Below are positions 12,601-27,600 of a stretch of 64,000 nucleotides of DNA, in pieces. The position numbers and the translations under genes were made by a program. Origin of the DNA: Isurus oxyrinchus (lineage: Eukaryota); NCBI GenBank assembly GCA_026770705.1, contig JANJGN010000012.1, positions 22,382,001 to 22,446,000 on the forward strand, read 5' to 3'. The notes below the pieces were generated by a model, which was not told where the DNA came from, did no database searches, and saw only the letters and a program-made list of their open reading frames with translations. Positions within the stretch are counted from its first letter, which is position 1. Every line of letters starts with the position of its first letter.

Positions 12601-15600
12601 ATTGCGAGTGATAATGCACTGTGAGTCATAATGTATTGCGAGTGATAATGCATTGTGAGTCATAATGCATTGCGAATGATAACACATTGTGAGTCATAAC
12701 ACATTGTGAGTCATAATGCTTTGTGAGTCATAATGCATTGCGAGTGATAACGCATTGCAAACAATAATGCATTGTGAGTGATAAAGCATTGTGAGTGATA
12801 ATGCATTGCGAGTGATAACGCATTGCAAGTGATAAGGCTTTGTGAGTGATAATGCATTGTGAGTCATAACGCTTTGTGCGTCATAACGCATTGCGAGTGA
12901 TAACGCATTGTGAGTGATAATGCATTGTGAGTCATAATGCGTTGCGAGTCATATCAATTTGCGAGTCAAAATGCATTGCGAGTGATAATGCACGATGGGT
13001 GATAATGCATTGTGAGTCATAATGCATTGTGAGTCATAACGTTTGTGAGTCATAACGCTTTGTGAGTCATAATGCATTGCGAGTGATAACGCATTGCAAA
13101 CAATAACGCTTTGTGAGTGATAATGCATTGTGAGTGATAATGCATTGCGAGCGATAACGCATTGCGAGTGATAAGGCATTGTGAGTGATAACGCATTGTG
13201 AGTCATAACGCTTTGTGAGTCATATCAATTTGCGAGTCATAATGCATTGTGAGTGATAATGCACGATGAGTGATAATGCATTGTGAGTCATAATGCATTG
13301 TGAGTCATAACGCTTTGTGAGTCATAACGCTTTGTGAGTCATAAGGCATTGCGAGTGATAATGCATTGTGAGTGACAATGCATTGTGAGTCATAATGCAT
13401 TGCGAGTGATAACGCATTGCAAACAATAACGCATTGTGAGTGATAATGCATTGTGAGCGATAACGCATTGTGAGTCATTATGCATTGTGAGTGATAACGC
13501 TTTGTGAGTCATAATGCATTGTGAGTCATAATGCATTGCGAGTGATAATGCACTGTGAGTCATAATGTATTGCGAGTGATAATGCATTGTGAGTCATAAT
13601 GCATTGCGAATGATAACACATTGTGAGTCATAACACATTGTGAGTCATAATGCTTTGTGAGTCATAATGCATTGCGAGTGATAACGCATTGCAAACAATA
13701 ATGCATTGTGAGTGATAAAGCATTGTGAGTGATAATGCATTGCGAGTGATAACGCATTGCAAGTGATAAGGCTTTGTGAGTGATAATGCATTGTGAGTCA
13801 TAACGCTTTGTGCGTCATAACGCATTGCGAGTGATAACGCATTGTGAGTGATAATGCATTGTGAGTCATAATGCGTTGCGAGTCATATCAATTTGCGAGT
13901 CAAAATGCATTGCGAGTGATAATGCACGATGGGTGATAATGCATTGTGAGTCATAATGCATTGTGAGTCATAACGTTTGTGAGTCATAACGCTTTGTGAG
14001 TCATAACGCATTGCGAGTGATAATGCATTGTGAGTGACAATGCATTGTGAGTGATAATGCATTGTGAGTCATAATGCATTGCGAGTCATAATGCATTACG
14101 CGTGATAACACACTGTGAGTCATAACGAATTGTGAGTCATAATGCATTGCGAGTGATAACGTATAGCGAGTGATAATGCATTGTGAGTCATAATGCATTG
14201 TGAGTGATAATGCATTGTGAGTCATAACGCATTGCGAGTGATAATGCATTGTGAGTCATAATGCTTGTGAGTCATAACGCATTACGAGTGATAATGCATT
14301 GGGAGTCATAATGCATTGCGAGTGACAATGCATTGCGAGTGGTAACGCTTTGCGAGTGATAATGCATTGCCAGTCATAATGCATTGCGAGTGATAATGCA
14401 TTGTGAGTCATAATGCATTGCGAGTCATAATGCATTGCGAATGATAACGCATTGCGAGTGATAACGCATTGTGAGTGATAACGCATTGTGTGTCATAATG
14501 CATTATGAGTGATAACGCATTGAGTCATAATGCATTGCGAGTGATAGTGTATTGTGAGTCATAATGCTTTGTGAATCATAATGCATTGCGAGCGATAACG
14601 CATTGCGAGTGATAAGGCATTGAGTGTGATAATGCATTGTGAGTCATAACGCTATGTGCGTCATAACGCATTGTGAGTGATAACGCATTGTGAGTGATAA
14701 TGCATTGTGAGTCATAACGCTTTGTGAGTCATATCAATTTGCAAGTCATAATGCATTGTGAGTGATAATGCACGATGAGTGATAATGCATTGTGAGTCAT
14801 AATGCATTGTGAGTCATAACGCTTTGTGAGTCATAACGCTTTGTGAGTCATAACGCATTGCGAGTGATAATGCATTGTGAGTCATAATGCATTGTGAGTC
14901 ATAATGCATTGCGAGTCATAATGCATTGCGAGTCATAATGCATTGTGAGTCATAATGCATTGCGAGTGATAATGCACTGAGTCATAAAGTATTGCGAGTG
15001 ATAATGCATTGTGAGTCATAATGCATTGCGAGTGATAACACATTGTGAGTCATAATGCATTGTGAGTCATAATGCTTTGTGAGTCATAATGCATTGCGAG
15101 TGATAACGCATTGCAAACAATAACGCATTGTGAGTGATAATGCATTGTGAGTGATAATGCATTGCGAGCGATAACGCATTGCGAGTGATAAGGCATTGTG
15201 AGTGATAATGCATTGTGAGTCATAACACTTTGTGCGTCATATCAATTTGTGAGTCATAATGCATTGTGAGTGATAATGCACGATGCGTGATAATGCATTG
15301 TGAGTCATAATGCATTGTGAGTCATAACGCTTTGTGAGTCATAACGCTTTCTGAGTCATAACGCATTGCGAGTGATAATGAATTGTGAGTGACAATGCAT
15401 TGTGAGTCATAGTGCATTGCGAGTCATAATGCATTGCGAGTCATAATGCACTGCACGTGATAACACATTGTGAGTCATAACGCATTGTGAGTCATAACAC
15501 ATTGTGAGTCATAATGCATGGCGAGCAATAACTCATTGCGAGTGATAATGCATTGTGAGTCATAACACTTTGTGAGTCATAATGATTTCAGAGTCATAAT

Positions 15601-18600
15601 GCATTGTGAGTGATGATGCACGATGAGTGATAATGCATTGTGAGTCATAATGTATTGTGAGTCATAACGCTTTGTGAGTCATAAAACTTTGTGAGTCATA
15701 ACGCATTGCGAGTGATAATGCATTGTGAGTGACAATGCATTGTGAGTCAATGCATTGCGAGTCATAATGAATTGCGAGTCATAATGCATTGTGAGTCATA
15801 ATGCATTGCGAGTGATAATGCATTGAGTCATAACGTATTGCGAGTGATAATGCATTGTGAATCATAATGCATTGCGAGCAATAACTCATTGCGAGTGATA
15901 ATGCATTATAAGTCATAACGCTTTGTGAGTCATAACGCATTGTGAGTAATAATGCATTGTGAGTGATAATGCATTGTGAGTGATAATGCATTGCGAGCGA
16001 TAACGCATTGCGAGTGATAACACTCTGTGAGTCATAACGTTTGTGAGTGATAATGCATTGTGAGTCATAACTCATTGTGAGTGATAACGCATTGTGAGCG
16101 ATAACGCATTGCGAGTGATAATGCATTGTGAGTCATAATCCTTTGTGAGTCATAATGCATTGCGAGTGATAATGCATTGTGAGTCATAATGCATTGTGAG
16201 TCATAATGCATTGCGAGTCATAATGCATTGCGAGTCATAATGCATTGTGAGTCGTAATGCATTGCGAGTGATAATGCACTGAGTCATAAAGTATTGCGAG
16301 TGATAATGCATTGTGAGTCATAATGCATTGCGAGTGATAACACATTGTGAGTCATAATGCATTGTGAGTCATAATGCTTTGTGAGTCATAATGCATTGCG
16401 AGTGATAACGCATTGCAAACAATAACGCATTGTGAGTGATAATGCATTGTGAGTGATAATGCATTGCGAGCGATAACGCATTGCGAGTGATAAGGCATTG
16501 TGAGTGATAATGCATTGTGAGTCATAACACTTTGTGCGTCATATCAATTTGTGAGTCATAATGCATTGTGAGTGATAATGCACGATGCGTGATAATGCAT
16601 TGTGAGTCATAATGCATTGTGAGTCATAACGCTTTGTGAGTCATAACGCTTTCTGAGTCATAATGCATTGCGAGTGATAATGAATTGTGAGTGACAATGC
16701 ATTGTGAGTCATAGTGCATTGCGAGTCATAATGCATTGCGAGTCATAATGCACTGCACGTGATAACACATTGTGAGTCATAAAGCATTGTGAGTCATAAC
16801 ACATTGTGAGTCATAATGCATGGCAAGCAATAACTCATTGCGAGTGATAATGCATTATGAGTCATAACGCTTTGGGAGTCATAACGCATTGCGCGTAATA
16901 ATGCATTGTGAGTGATAATGCGTTGTGAGTGATAATGCATGCGAGCGATAACGTATTGCGAGTGATAACGCTTTGTGAGTCATAACGCTTTGTGAGTGAT
17001 AATGCATTGTGAGTCATAATGCTTTATGAGTCATAAGGCATTGCGAGTGATAATGCATTGTGAGTCATAATGCATTGTGCGAGATAAAGAATTGTCAGAG
17101 ATAATGCATTGTGCATGATAACGTATTGCGAGCGATAACACATTGTGAGTCATAACGCAATGCGAGTGATAACGCATTGCGAGTGATAATGCATTGTAGG
17201 TCATAATGCTTTGCGAGTGATAACACATTGTGAGTCATAATGCTTGTGAGTCATAACGCATTACGAGTGATAACGCATTGTGAGTCATAATGCATTGCGA
17301 GTGATAGTGCATTGCAATTGATAATGCTTTGTGAGTGATAATGCATCATGAGTCATAACGCATTGCAAGTCATAAGGCATTGCGAGTGATAATGCATTGT
17401 GAGTCATAATGCATTGCGAGCGATAACGCATTGTGAGTCATAATGCTTGTGAGTCATAATACATTACGACTGAAAATGCATTGCGAGTCATAATGCATTG
17501 TGACTCATAATGTATTGTGAGAGATAATGCATTGTGAGAGTTAATGCATTGCATGTGATAACGTATTGCAAGCGATAATGCATTGTGAGTCATAACGCAT
17601 TGCGAGTGATAATGCATTGTGAGTGATAACGCATTATGAGTGGTAACACGTTTTGAATCATAATGCATTGCGAGTCATAATGCATTGCAAGTCATAATGC
17701 ATTGCGAGTGATAACGCATTGCGAGTGATAACGCATTGTGAGTAATAACGTATTGTGAGTCATAACGCATTGCGAGTGATAACGCATTGCGAGCAATAAC
17801 TCATTGCGAGTGATAATGCATTGAGTCATAATGCATTGTGAGAGATAATGCTTTGTGAGAGATAATGCATTGCGCATGATAACATATTGCGAGCGATAAC
17901 ACATTGTGAGTCATAACGCAATGCGAGTGATAATGCATTGCGAGCGATAACGCATTGTGAGTCATAATGCTTGTGAGTCATAATGCATTGCGAGCAATAA
18001 CGCATTGTGAGTGATAATGCATTGTGAGTCATAACGCATTGCGAGTGATAATGCATTGTGAGTCGTAATGCTTATGAGTCATAACGCATTACGAGTGATA
18101 ACGCATTGTGAGTCATAATGCATTGCGAGCGATAACGCATTGCGAGTCATAATGCATTGTGAGTCATAATGCATTGTGAGAGATAATGCATTGTGAGAGT
18201 TAATGCATTGCGTATGATAACGTATTGCGAGCGATAACGCATTGTGAGTCATAACGCATTGCGATTGATAACGCATTGTGAGTGATAATGCATTGTGATT
18301 CATAACACTTTGTGAGTCATGACGCTTTGTGAGTCATAACGCATTGCGAGTGATAATGCATTGTGAGTGATAACGCATTACGAGTGATAATGCGTTTTGA
18401 GTCATAATGCATTGCGAGTCATAAGGCATTGCGAGTCATAATGCATTGCGAGTGATAATGCATTGCGAGTGATAATGCACTGAGTCATAATGCATTATGA
18501 CTCATAACACATTGCTAGTGATAACGCATTGCGAGTCATAATGCATTACGCGTGATAACACACTGTGAGTCATAACGCATTGTGAGTGATAATGCATTGC

Positions 18601-21600
18601 GAGTGATAACGTATAGCGAGTGATAATGCATTGTGAGTCATAACGCATTGTGAGTGATAATGCATTGTGAGTCATAACGCATTGCGAGTGATAATGCATT
18701 GTGAGTCATAATGCTTGTGAGTCATAACGCATTACGAGTGATAATGCATTGGGAGTCATAATGCATTGCGAGTGACAATGCATTGCGAGTGGTAACGCTT
18801 TGCAAATGATAATGCATTGCCAGTCATAATGCATTGCGAGCTAATAATGCATTGTGAGTCATAATGCATTGCGAATCATAATGCATTGCGAATGATAACG
18901 CATTGCGAGTGATAACGCATTGTGAGTGATAACGCATTGTGTGTCATAATGCATTATGAGTGATAACCATTGTGAGTCATAATGCATTGCGAGTGATAGT
19001 GTATTGTGAGTCATAATGCTTTGTGAGTCATAATGCATCGCGAGCGATAACGCATTGCGAGTGATAAGGCATTGAGAGTGATAATGCATTGTGAGTCATA
19101 ACGCTTTGCGCGTCATAACGCATTGTGAGTGATAACGCATTGTGAGTGATAATGCATTGTGAGTCATAACGCTTTGTGAGTCATATCAATTTGCGAGTCA
19201 TAATGCATTGTGAGTGATAATGCACGATGAGTGATAATGCATTGTGAGTCATAATGCATTGTGAGTCATAACGCTTTGTGAGTCATAACGCTATGTGAGT
19301 CATAACGCTTTGTGAGTCCTAACGCATTGCGAGTGATAATGCATTGTGAGTCATAATGCATTGTGAGTCATAATGCATTGCGAGTCATAATGCATTGCGA
19401 GTCATAATGCATTGTGAGTCATAATGCATTGCGAGTGATAATGCACTGAGTCATAAAGTATTGCGAGTGATAATGCATTGTGAGTCATAATGCATTGCGA
19501 GTGATAACACATTGTGAGTCATAATGCATTGTGAGTCATAATGCTTTGTGAGTCATAATGCATTGCAAGTGATAACGCATTGCAAACAATAACGCATTGT
19601 GAGTGATAATGCATTGTGAGTGATAATGCATTGCGAGCGATAACGCATTGCGAGTGATAAGGCATTGTGAGTGATAATGCATTGTGAGTCATAACACTTT
19701 GTGCGTCATATCAATTTGCGAGTCATAATGCATTGTGAGTGATAATGCACGATGCGTGATAACGCTTTGTGAGTCATAACGCATTGCGCGTAATAATGCA
19801 TTGTGAGTGATAATGCGTTGTGAGTGATAATGCATGCGAGCGATAATGCATTGCAAGTGATAACGCTTTGTGAGTCATAACGCTTTGTGAGTGATAATGC
19901 ATTGTGAGTCATAATGCTTTATGAATCATAACGCATTGCGAGTGATAATGCATTGTGAGTCATAACGCTTTGTGAGTCATAATGCATTGCGAGTGATAAT
20001 GCATTGTGAGTGATAATGCATTGCGAGCGATAACGCATTGCGAGTGATAACACTTTGTGAGTCATAACGCTTTGTGAGTGATAATGCATTGTGAGTCATA
20101 ATGCTTTGTGAGTCATAACGCATTGGAAGTGATAACGCATTGCGAGCAATAACTCATTGCGAGTGATAATGCATTGTGAGTCATAATGCATTGCGAGTCA
20201 TAAAGCATTGCGAGTGATAATGCATCGTGAGTCATAACGCATTGTGAGTGATAATGCATTGTGAGTCATAACGCATTGCGAGTGATAATGCATTGTGAGT
20301 CATAATGCTTGGGAGTCATAACGCATTATGAGTCATAATGCATTGTGAATCATAATGCATTGCGAGTGACAATGCATTGCGAGTGGTAACGCTTTGCGAG
20401 TGATAATGCATTGCCAGTCATAATGCATTGCGAGTGATAATGCATTGTGAGTCATAATGCATTGCGAGTGATAACGCATTGCGAGTGATAACGCATTGTG
20501 AGTCATAATGCATTGCGAGTGATAACGCATTGCGAGTAATACAGCATTGTGAGTCATAATGCTTTGTGAGTCATAATGCATTGCGAGTGATAACACATTC
20601 TGAACAATAACGCATTGTGAGTAATAACACAGTGAGTGATAATGCATTGCGAGAGATAACGTATTGCGAGTGATAACGCATTGTGAGTGATAATGCATTG
20701 TGAGTCATAACGCTTTGTGAGTCATAATGATTTCAGAGTCATAATGCATTGTGAGTGATGATGCACGATGAGTGATAATGCATTGTGAGTCATAATGTAT
20801 TGTGAGTCATAACGCTTTGTGAGTCATAAAACTTTGTGAGTCATAACGCATTGCGAGTGATAATGCATTGTGAGTGACAATGCATTGTGAGTCAATGCAT
20901 TGCGAGTCATAATGAATTGCGAGTCATAATGCATTGTGAGTCATAATGCATTGCGAGTGATAATGCATTGAGTCATAACGTATTGCGAGTGATAATGCAT
21001 TGTGAGTCATAATGCATTGCGAGCAATAACTCATTGCGAGTGATAATGCATTATAAGTCATAACGCTTTGTGAGTCATAACACATTGTGAGTAATAATGC
21101 ATTGTGAGTGATAATGCATTGTGAGTGATAATGCATTGCGAGCGATAACGCATTGCGAGTGATAACACTCTGTGAGTCATAACGTTTGTGAGTGATAATG
21201 CATTGTGAGTCATAACTCATTGTGAGTGATAACGCATTGTGAGCGATAACGCATTGCGAGTGATAATGCATTGTGAGTCATAATCCTTTGTGAGTCATAA
21301 TGCATTGCGAGTGATAATGCATTGCGAGCGATAATGCATTGCGAGTGATAACACTTTGTGAGTCATAACGCTTTGTGAGTGATAATGCATTGTGAGTCAT
21401 AATGCTTTGTGAGTCATAACGCATTGCGAGTGATAACGCATTGCGAGCAATGATTCATTGCGAGTGATAATGCAATGTGAGTCATAACGCTTTGTGAGTC
21501 ATAACGCATAGCGAGTGATAACACTTTGTGAGTCATAACGCTTTGTGAGTGATAATGCATTGTGAGTCATAATGCTTTGTGAGTCATAACGCATTGTGAG

Positions 21601-24600
21601 TGATAACGCATTGCGAGCAATAACTCATTGCGAGTGATAATGCATTGTGAGTCTAAAAGCATTGCGAGTCATAACGCATTGCGAGTTATAATGCATTGTG
21701 AGGCATAACACATTGCAAGTGATAACGCATTGCGAGTGATAATGCATTGTGAGTCATAACTCATTGTGAGTGATAACGCATTGTGAGTGATAACGCATTG
21801 CGAGTGATAATGCATTGTGAGTCATAATCCTTTGCGAGTCATAATGCATTGCAAGTGATAATGCATCGTGAGTCATAATGCATTGAGAGTGATAACGCAT
21901 TGTGAGCAATAACTCATTGCGAGTGATAATGCATTGTGAGTCATAACGCTTTGTGAGTCATAACACATTGCGAGTGATAATGCATTGTGGGTCATAATGC
22001 ATTGTGAGAGATAATGCATTGTGAGAGATAATGCATTGCGCATGATAACATATTGCGAGCGATAACACATTGTGAGTCATAACGCAATGCGAGTGATAAT
22101 GCATTGCGAATGATAATGCATTGTGAGTCATAACGCTTTGTGAGTCATAAGGCTTTGTGAGTCATAACGCATTGCGAGTGATAATGCATTGTGAGTCATA
22201 ATGCATTGCGAGCGATAACGCATTGTGAGTCATAATGCTTGTGAGTCATAATGCATTACGACTGATAATGCATTGCGAGTCATAATGCATTGTGAGTCAT
22301 AATGCATTGTGAGAGATAATGCATTGTGAGAGTTAATGCATTGCGTGTGATAACGCATTGCGAGTGATAATGTATTGTGAGTCATAATCCTTTGTGAGTC
22401 ATAATGCATTGCGGGTGATAATGCATAGCGAGTGATAACGCATTGTGTCATAATGTATTATGAGTGATAAGGCATTGTGAGTCATAATGCATTGCGAGTG
22501 ATAGTGCATTGTGAGTGATAACGCATTGCGAATAATAATGCATTGTGAGTCATAATGCTTTGTGAGTCATAATGCATTGCGAGTGATAACGCATTGCGAA
22601 CAATAACGCATTGTGAGTGATAATGCATTGTGAGTGATAATGCATTGTGAGCGATAACGCATTGCGAGTGATAAGGCTTTGTGAGCGATAATGCATTGTG
22701 AGTCATAACACTTTGTGCGTCATAACGCATTGCAAGTGATAATGCATTGTGAGTGATAATGCATTGTGAGTCATAACGCTTTGTGAGTCATATCGACTTG
22801 CGAGTCATAATGCATTGTGAGTGATAATGCACGATGAGTGATAATGCATTGTGAGTCATAACGCTTTCTGAGTCATAACGCTTTGTGCGTCATAAAGCAT
22901 TGCGAGTGATAATGCATTGTGAGTGACAATGCATTGTGAGTCATAATGCATTGTGAGTCATAATGCATTGCGAGTCATAATGCATTGTGAGTCTTAGTGC
23001 ATTTCGAGTGATAATGAATTGTGAGTCATAATGTATTGCGAGTGATAACTCATTGCGAGTGATAATGCATTATGAGTCATAACGCTTTGTGAGTCATAAC
23101 GCTTTGTGAGTGATAATGCATTGTGAGTCATAATGCTTTGTGAGTCATAACGCATTGCGAGTGATAACGCATTGCGAGTCATAACGCATTGCGAGTTATA
23201 ATGCATTGTGAGGCATAACACATTGCAAGTGATAACGCATTGCAAGTGATAATGCATTGTGAGTCATAATGCATTGCGAGTGATAACGCATTGCGAGTGA
23301 TAACGCATTGTGTGTCATAATGCATTATGAGTGATAACGCATTGTGAGTCATAATGCATTGCGAGTGATAATGCATTGCGAGTAATAATGCATTGTGAGT
23401 CATAATGCTTTGTGAGTCATAATGCATTGCGAGTGATAACGCATTGCAAACAATAACGCATTGTGAGTGATAATGCATTGTGAGTGATAATGCATTGCGA
23501 GCAATAACGCATTGCGAGTGATAACGCATTGTGAGTGATAATGCATTGTGAGTCATAACGCTTTGTGAGTCATAACGCATTGCGAGTGATAACGCATTGT
23601 GAGTGATAATGCATTGTGAGTCATAACACTTTGTGAGTCATAACGATTTCAGAGTCATACTGCATTGTGAGTGATAATGCACGATGAGCGATAATGCATT
23701 GGGAGTCATAATGCATTGTGAGTCATAACGCTTTGTGAGTCATAATGCTTTGTGAGTCATAACGCATTGCGAGTGATAATGCATTGTAAGTGACAATGAA
23801 TTGTGAGTCATAATGCATTGCGAGTCATAATGCATTGCGAGTGATAATGCATTGAGTCATAATGCATTGCGAGTGATAATGCATTGTGAGTCATAATACA
23901 TTGCGAGTGATAACACATTGTGAGTCATATCCCATTGTGAGTCATAACGCATTGCAAGTGATAATGCATTGTGAGTGATAATGCATTGTAAGTGATAATG
24001 CATTGCGAGCAATAACATATTGCGAGTGATAACGCATTGTGAATCATAACGTTTTGTGAGTCATAACGCATTGAGAGTGATAACGCATTCTGTGTGATAA
24101 TGCATTGTGAGCGATAACGCATTGCGAGTGATATCACATTGTGAGTCATAACACTTTGAGTCATAACGCATTGCGAGTGATAATGCATTGCGAGTCATAA
24201 CGCATTGCGAGTGATAATGCATTGTGAGTCATAACTCATTGTGAGTGATAACGCATTGTGATAACGCATTGCAAGTGATAATGCATTGTGAGTCATAATC
24301 CTTTGTGAGTCATAACGCATTGTGAGTGATAATGCATTGTGAGTCATAACGCATTGAGACTCATAATGCATTGTGAGTCATAATGCTTGTGAGTCATAAC
24401 GCATTATGAGTCATAATGCATTGTGAGTCATAATGCATTGCCTGTGACAATGCATTGCGAGTGGTAACGCTTGGCGAGTGATAATGCATTGCCAGTCATA
24501 ATGCATTGCGAGTGATAATGTATTGTGAGTCATAATGCATTGTGAGTGATAACGCATTGCGAGTGATAATGCATTGCGAGTAATAATGCATTGTGAGTCA

Positions 24601-27600
24601 TAATGCTTTGTGAGTGATAATGCATTACGAGTGATAATGCATTGTGAGTCATAATGCATTGCGAGTGATAACGCATTGCGAGTGATAATGCATTGCCAGT
24701 CATATTGCATTGCGAGTGATAATGCATTGTGAGTCATAATGCATTGCGAGTGATAACGCATTGCGAGTGATAACGCATTGTGTGTCATAATGCATTATGA
24801 GAGATAACGCATTGTGAGTCATAATGCATTGCGAGTGATAACGCATTGCGAGTAATAATGCATTGTGAGTCATAATGCTTTGTGAGTCATAATGCATTGC
24901 GAGAGATAACGCATTGTGAGTGATAACGCATTGTGAGTGATAATGCATTGTGAGTCATAACGCTTTGTGAGTCATAACGCATTGTGAGTGATAACGCATT
25001 GTGAGTGATAATGCATTGTGAGTCATAACGCTTTGTGAGTCATAATGATTTCAGAGTCATAATGCATTGTGAGTGATAATGCACGATGAGTGATAATGCA
25101 TTGTGAGTCATAATGCATTGTGAGTCATAACGCTTTGTGAGTCATAACGCTTTGTGAGTCATAACGCATTGCGAGTGATAATGCATTGTGAGTGACAATG
25201 CATTGTGAGTCACAATGCATTGCGAGTCATAATGAATTGCGAGTCATAATGCATTGTGAGTCATAATGTATTGCAAATGATAATGCATTGTGAGTCATAA
25301 TGTATTGCGAGTGATAATGCATTGTGAGTCATAATGCATTGCGAGCAATAACCCATTGCGAGTGAGAATGCATTGTGAGTCATAACGCTTTGAGTCATTA
25401 CGCATTGCGAGTGATAATGCATTGTGAGTCATAATGCATTACGAGTGATAATGCATTGTGAGTCATAATGCATTGCAAGTGATAATGCATTATAAGTCAT
25501 AATGCATTGCGAGTCATAACGCATTGCGAGTTATAATGCATTGTGAGGCATAACGCATTGCGAGTGATAACGCATTGCGAGTGATAATGCATTGTGAGTC
25601 ATAACTCATTGTGAGTGATAACGCATTGTGAGTGATAACGCATTGCGAGTGATAATGCATTGTGAGTCATAATCCTTTGTGAGTCATAATGCATTGCGAG
25701 TGATAATGCATCGTGAGTCATAACGCATTGTGAGTGATAATGCATTGTGAGTCATAACACATTGCGAGTGATAATGCATTGTGAGTCATAATGCTTATGA
25801 GTCATAATGCATTATGAGTCATAATCCTTTGTGAGTCATAATGCATTGCGAGTGACAATGCATTGCGAGTGGTAATGCTTTGCGAGTGATAATGCATTGT
25901 GAGTCATAATGCATTGCGAGTGATCATGCATTGTGAGTCCTAATGCATTGCGAGTGATAATGCATTGCGAGTGACAACGCATTGTGTGTCATAATGCATT
26001 ATGAGTGATAACACATTGTGAGTCATAATGCATTGCGAGTGATAACGCATTGCGAGTAATAATGCATTGTAAGTCATAATGCTTTGAGAGTCATAATGCA
26101 TTGCAAGTGATAACGCATTCCGAACAATAACGCATTGTGAGTGATAACGCATTGTGAGTGATAACGCATTGTGAGTCATAATGCATTGTGAGTCATAACG
26201 CTTTGTGATCATAACGCTTTGTGAGTCATAACGCATTGCGAGTGATAATGCATTGTGAGTCATAATGCATTGCGAGTCATAATGCATTGCGAGTCATAAC
26301 GCGTTGTGAGTCATAATGCATTGCAAGTGATAATGCATTGTGAGTGACAATGCATTGTGAATCATAATGCATTGCGAGTCATAATGCATTGCGAGTCATA
26401 ACACGTTGCGAGTGATAATGCATTGTGAGTGATAATGCATTGTAAGTGATAATGCATTGTGAGCGATAACTCATTGCGAGTGATAACGCATTGTGAATCA
26501 TAACGTTTTGTGAGTCATAACGCATTGCGAGTGATAATGCATTGTGAGTGATCCCTCCTTGCGAGAAATAACACATTGTGAGTGAGAATGCATTGTGAGT
26601 CATAAAGCTTTGTGCGTCATAACGCATTGTGAGTGATAACGCATTCTGTGTGATAATGCATTGTGAGCGATAATGCATTGTGAGTGATAACACATTGTGA
26701 GTCATAACGCTTTGAGTCATTACGCATTGCGAGTGATAACGCATTGTGAGTCATAATGCATTGCAAGTGATAATGCATTATAAGTCATAACGCATTGCGA
26801 GTCATAATGCATTGCGTGTGATAATGCATTATAAGTCATAATGCATTGAGAGTCATAATCCTTTGTGAGTCATAATGCATTGCGAGTGATAATGCATTGT
26901 GAGTCATAACACATTGTGAGTGATAATGCATTGTGAGTCATAACGCATTGCGAGTGATAATGCATTGTGAGTCATAATGCTTGTGAGTCATAACGCATTA
27001 CGAGTGATAATGCATTGTGAGTCATAACGCATTGCGAGTGACAATGCATTGCGAGTGGTAACACTTTGCGAGTGATAATGCATTGCCAGTCATAATGCAT
27101 TGCGAGTGATAATGTATTGTGAGTCATAATGCATTACGAGTGATAACGCATTGCAAGTGATAACGCATTGCAAGTGATAACGCATTGTGTGTCATAAATC
27201 ATTATGAGTGATAACGCATTGTGAGTCATAATGCATTGCGAGTGATAGTGCATTGTGCGTGATAATGCATTGCGAGCGATAATGCATTGCGAGTGATAAC
27301 GCATTGAGTGATAATGCGTTGTGAGTCGTAACGCTTTGTGAGTCATAACGCATTGCGAGCGATAACGCATTGTGAGTCATAACGCTTTGTGAGTCATAAC
27401 GATTTCAGAGTCATGATGCATTGTGAGTGATAATGCACGATGAGTCATAACGCTTTGTGAGTCATAACGCATTGCGAGTGATAATGCATTGTGAGTGACA
27501 ATGCATTGTGAGTCATAATGCATTGCGAGTCATAATGCATTGAGTCATAATGCATTGCGAGTCATAACGCATTGCGAGTTATAATGCATTGTGAGGCATA

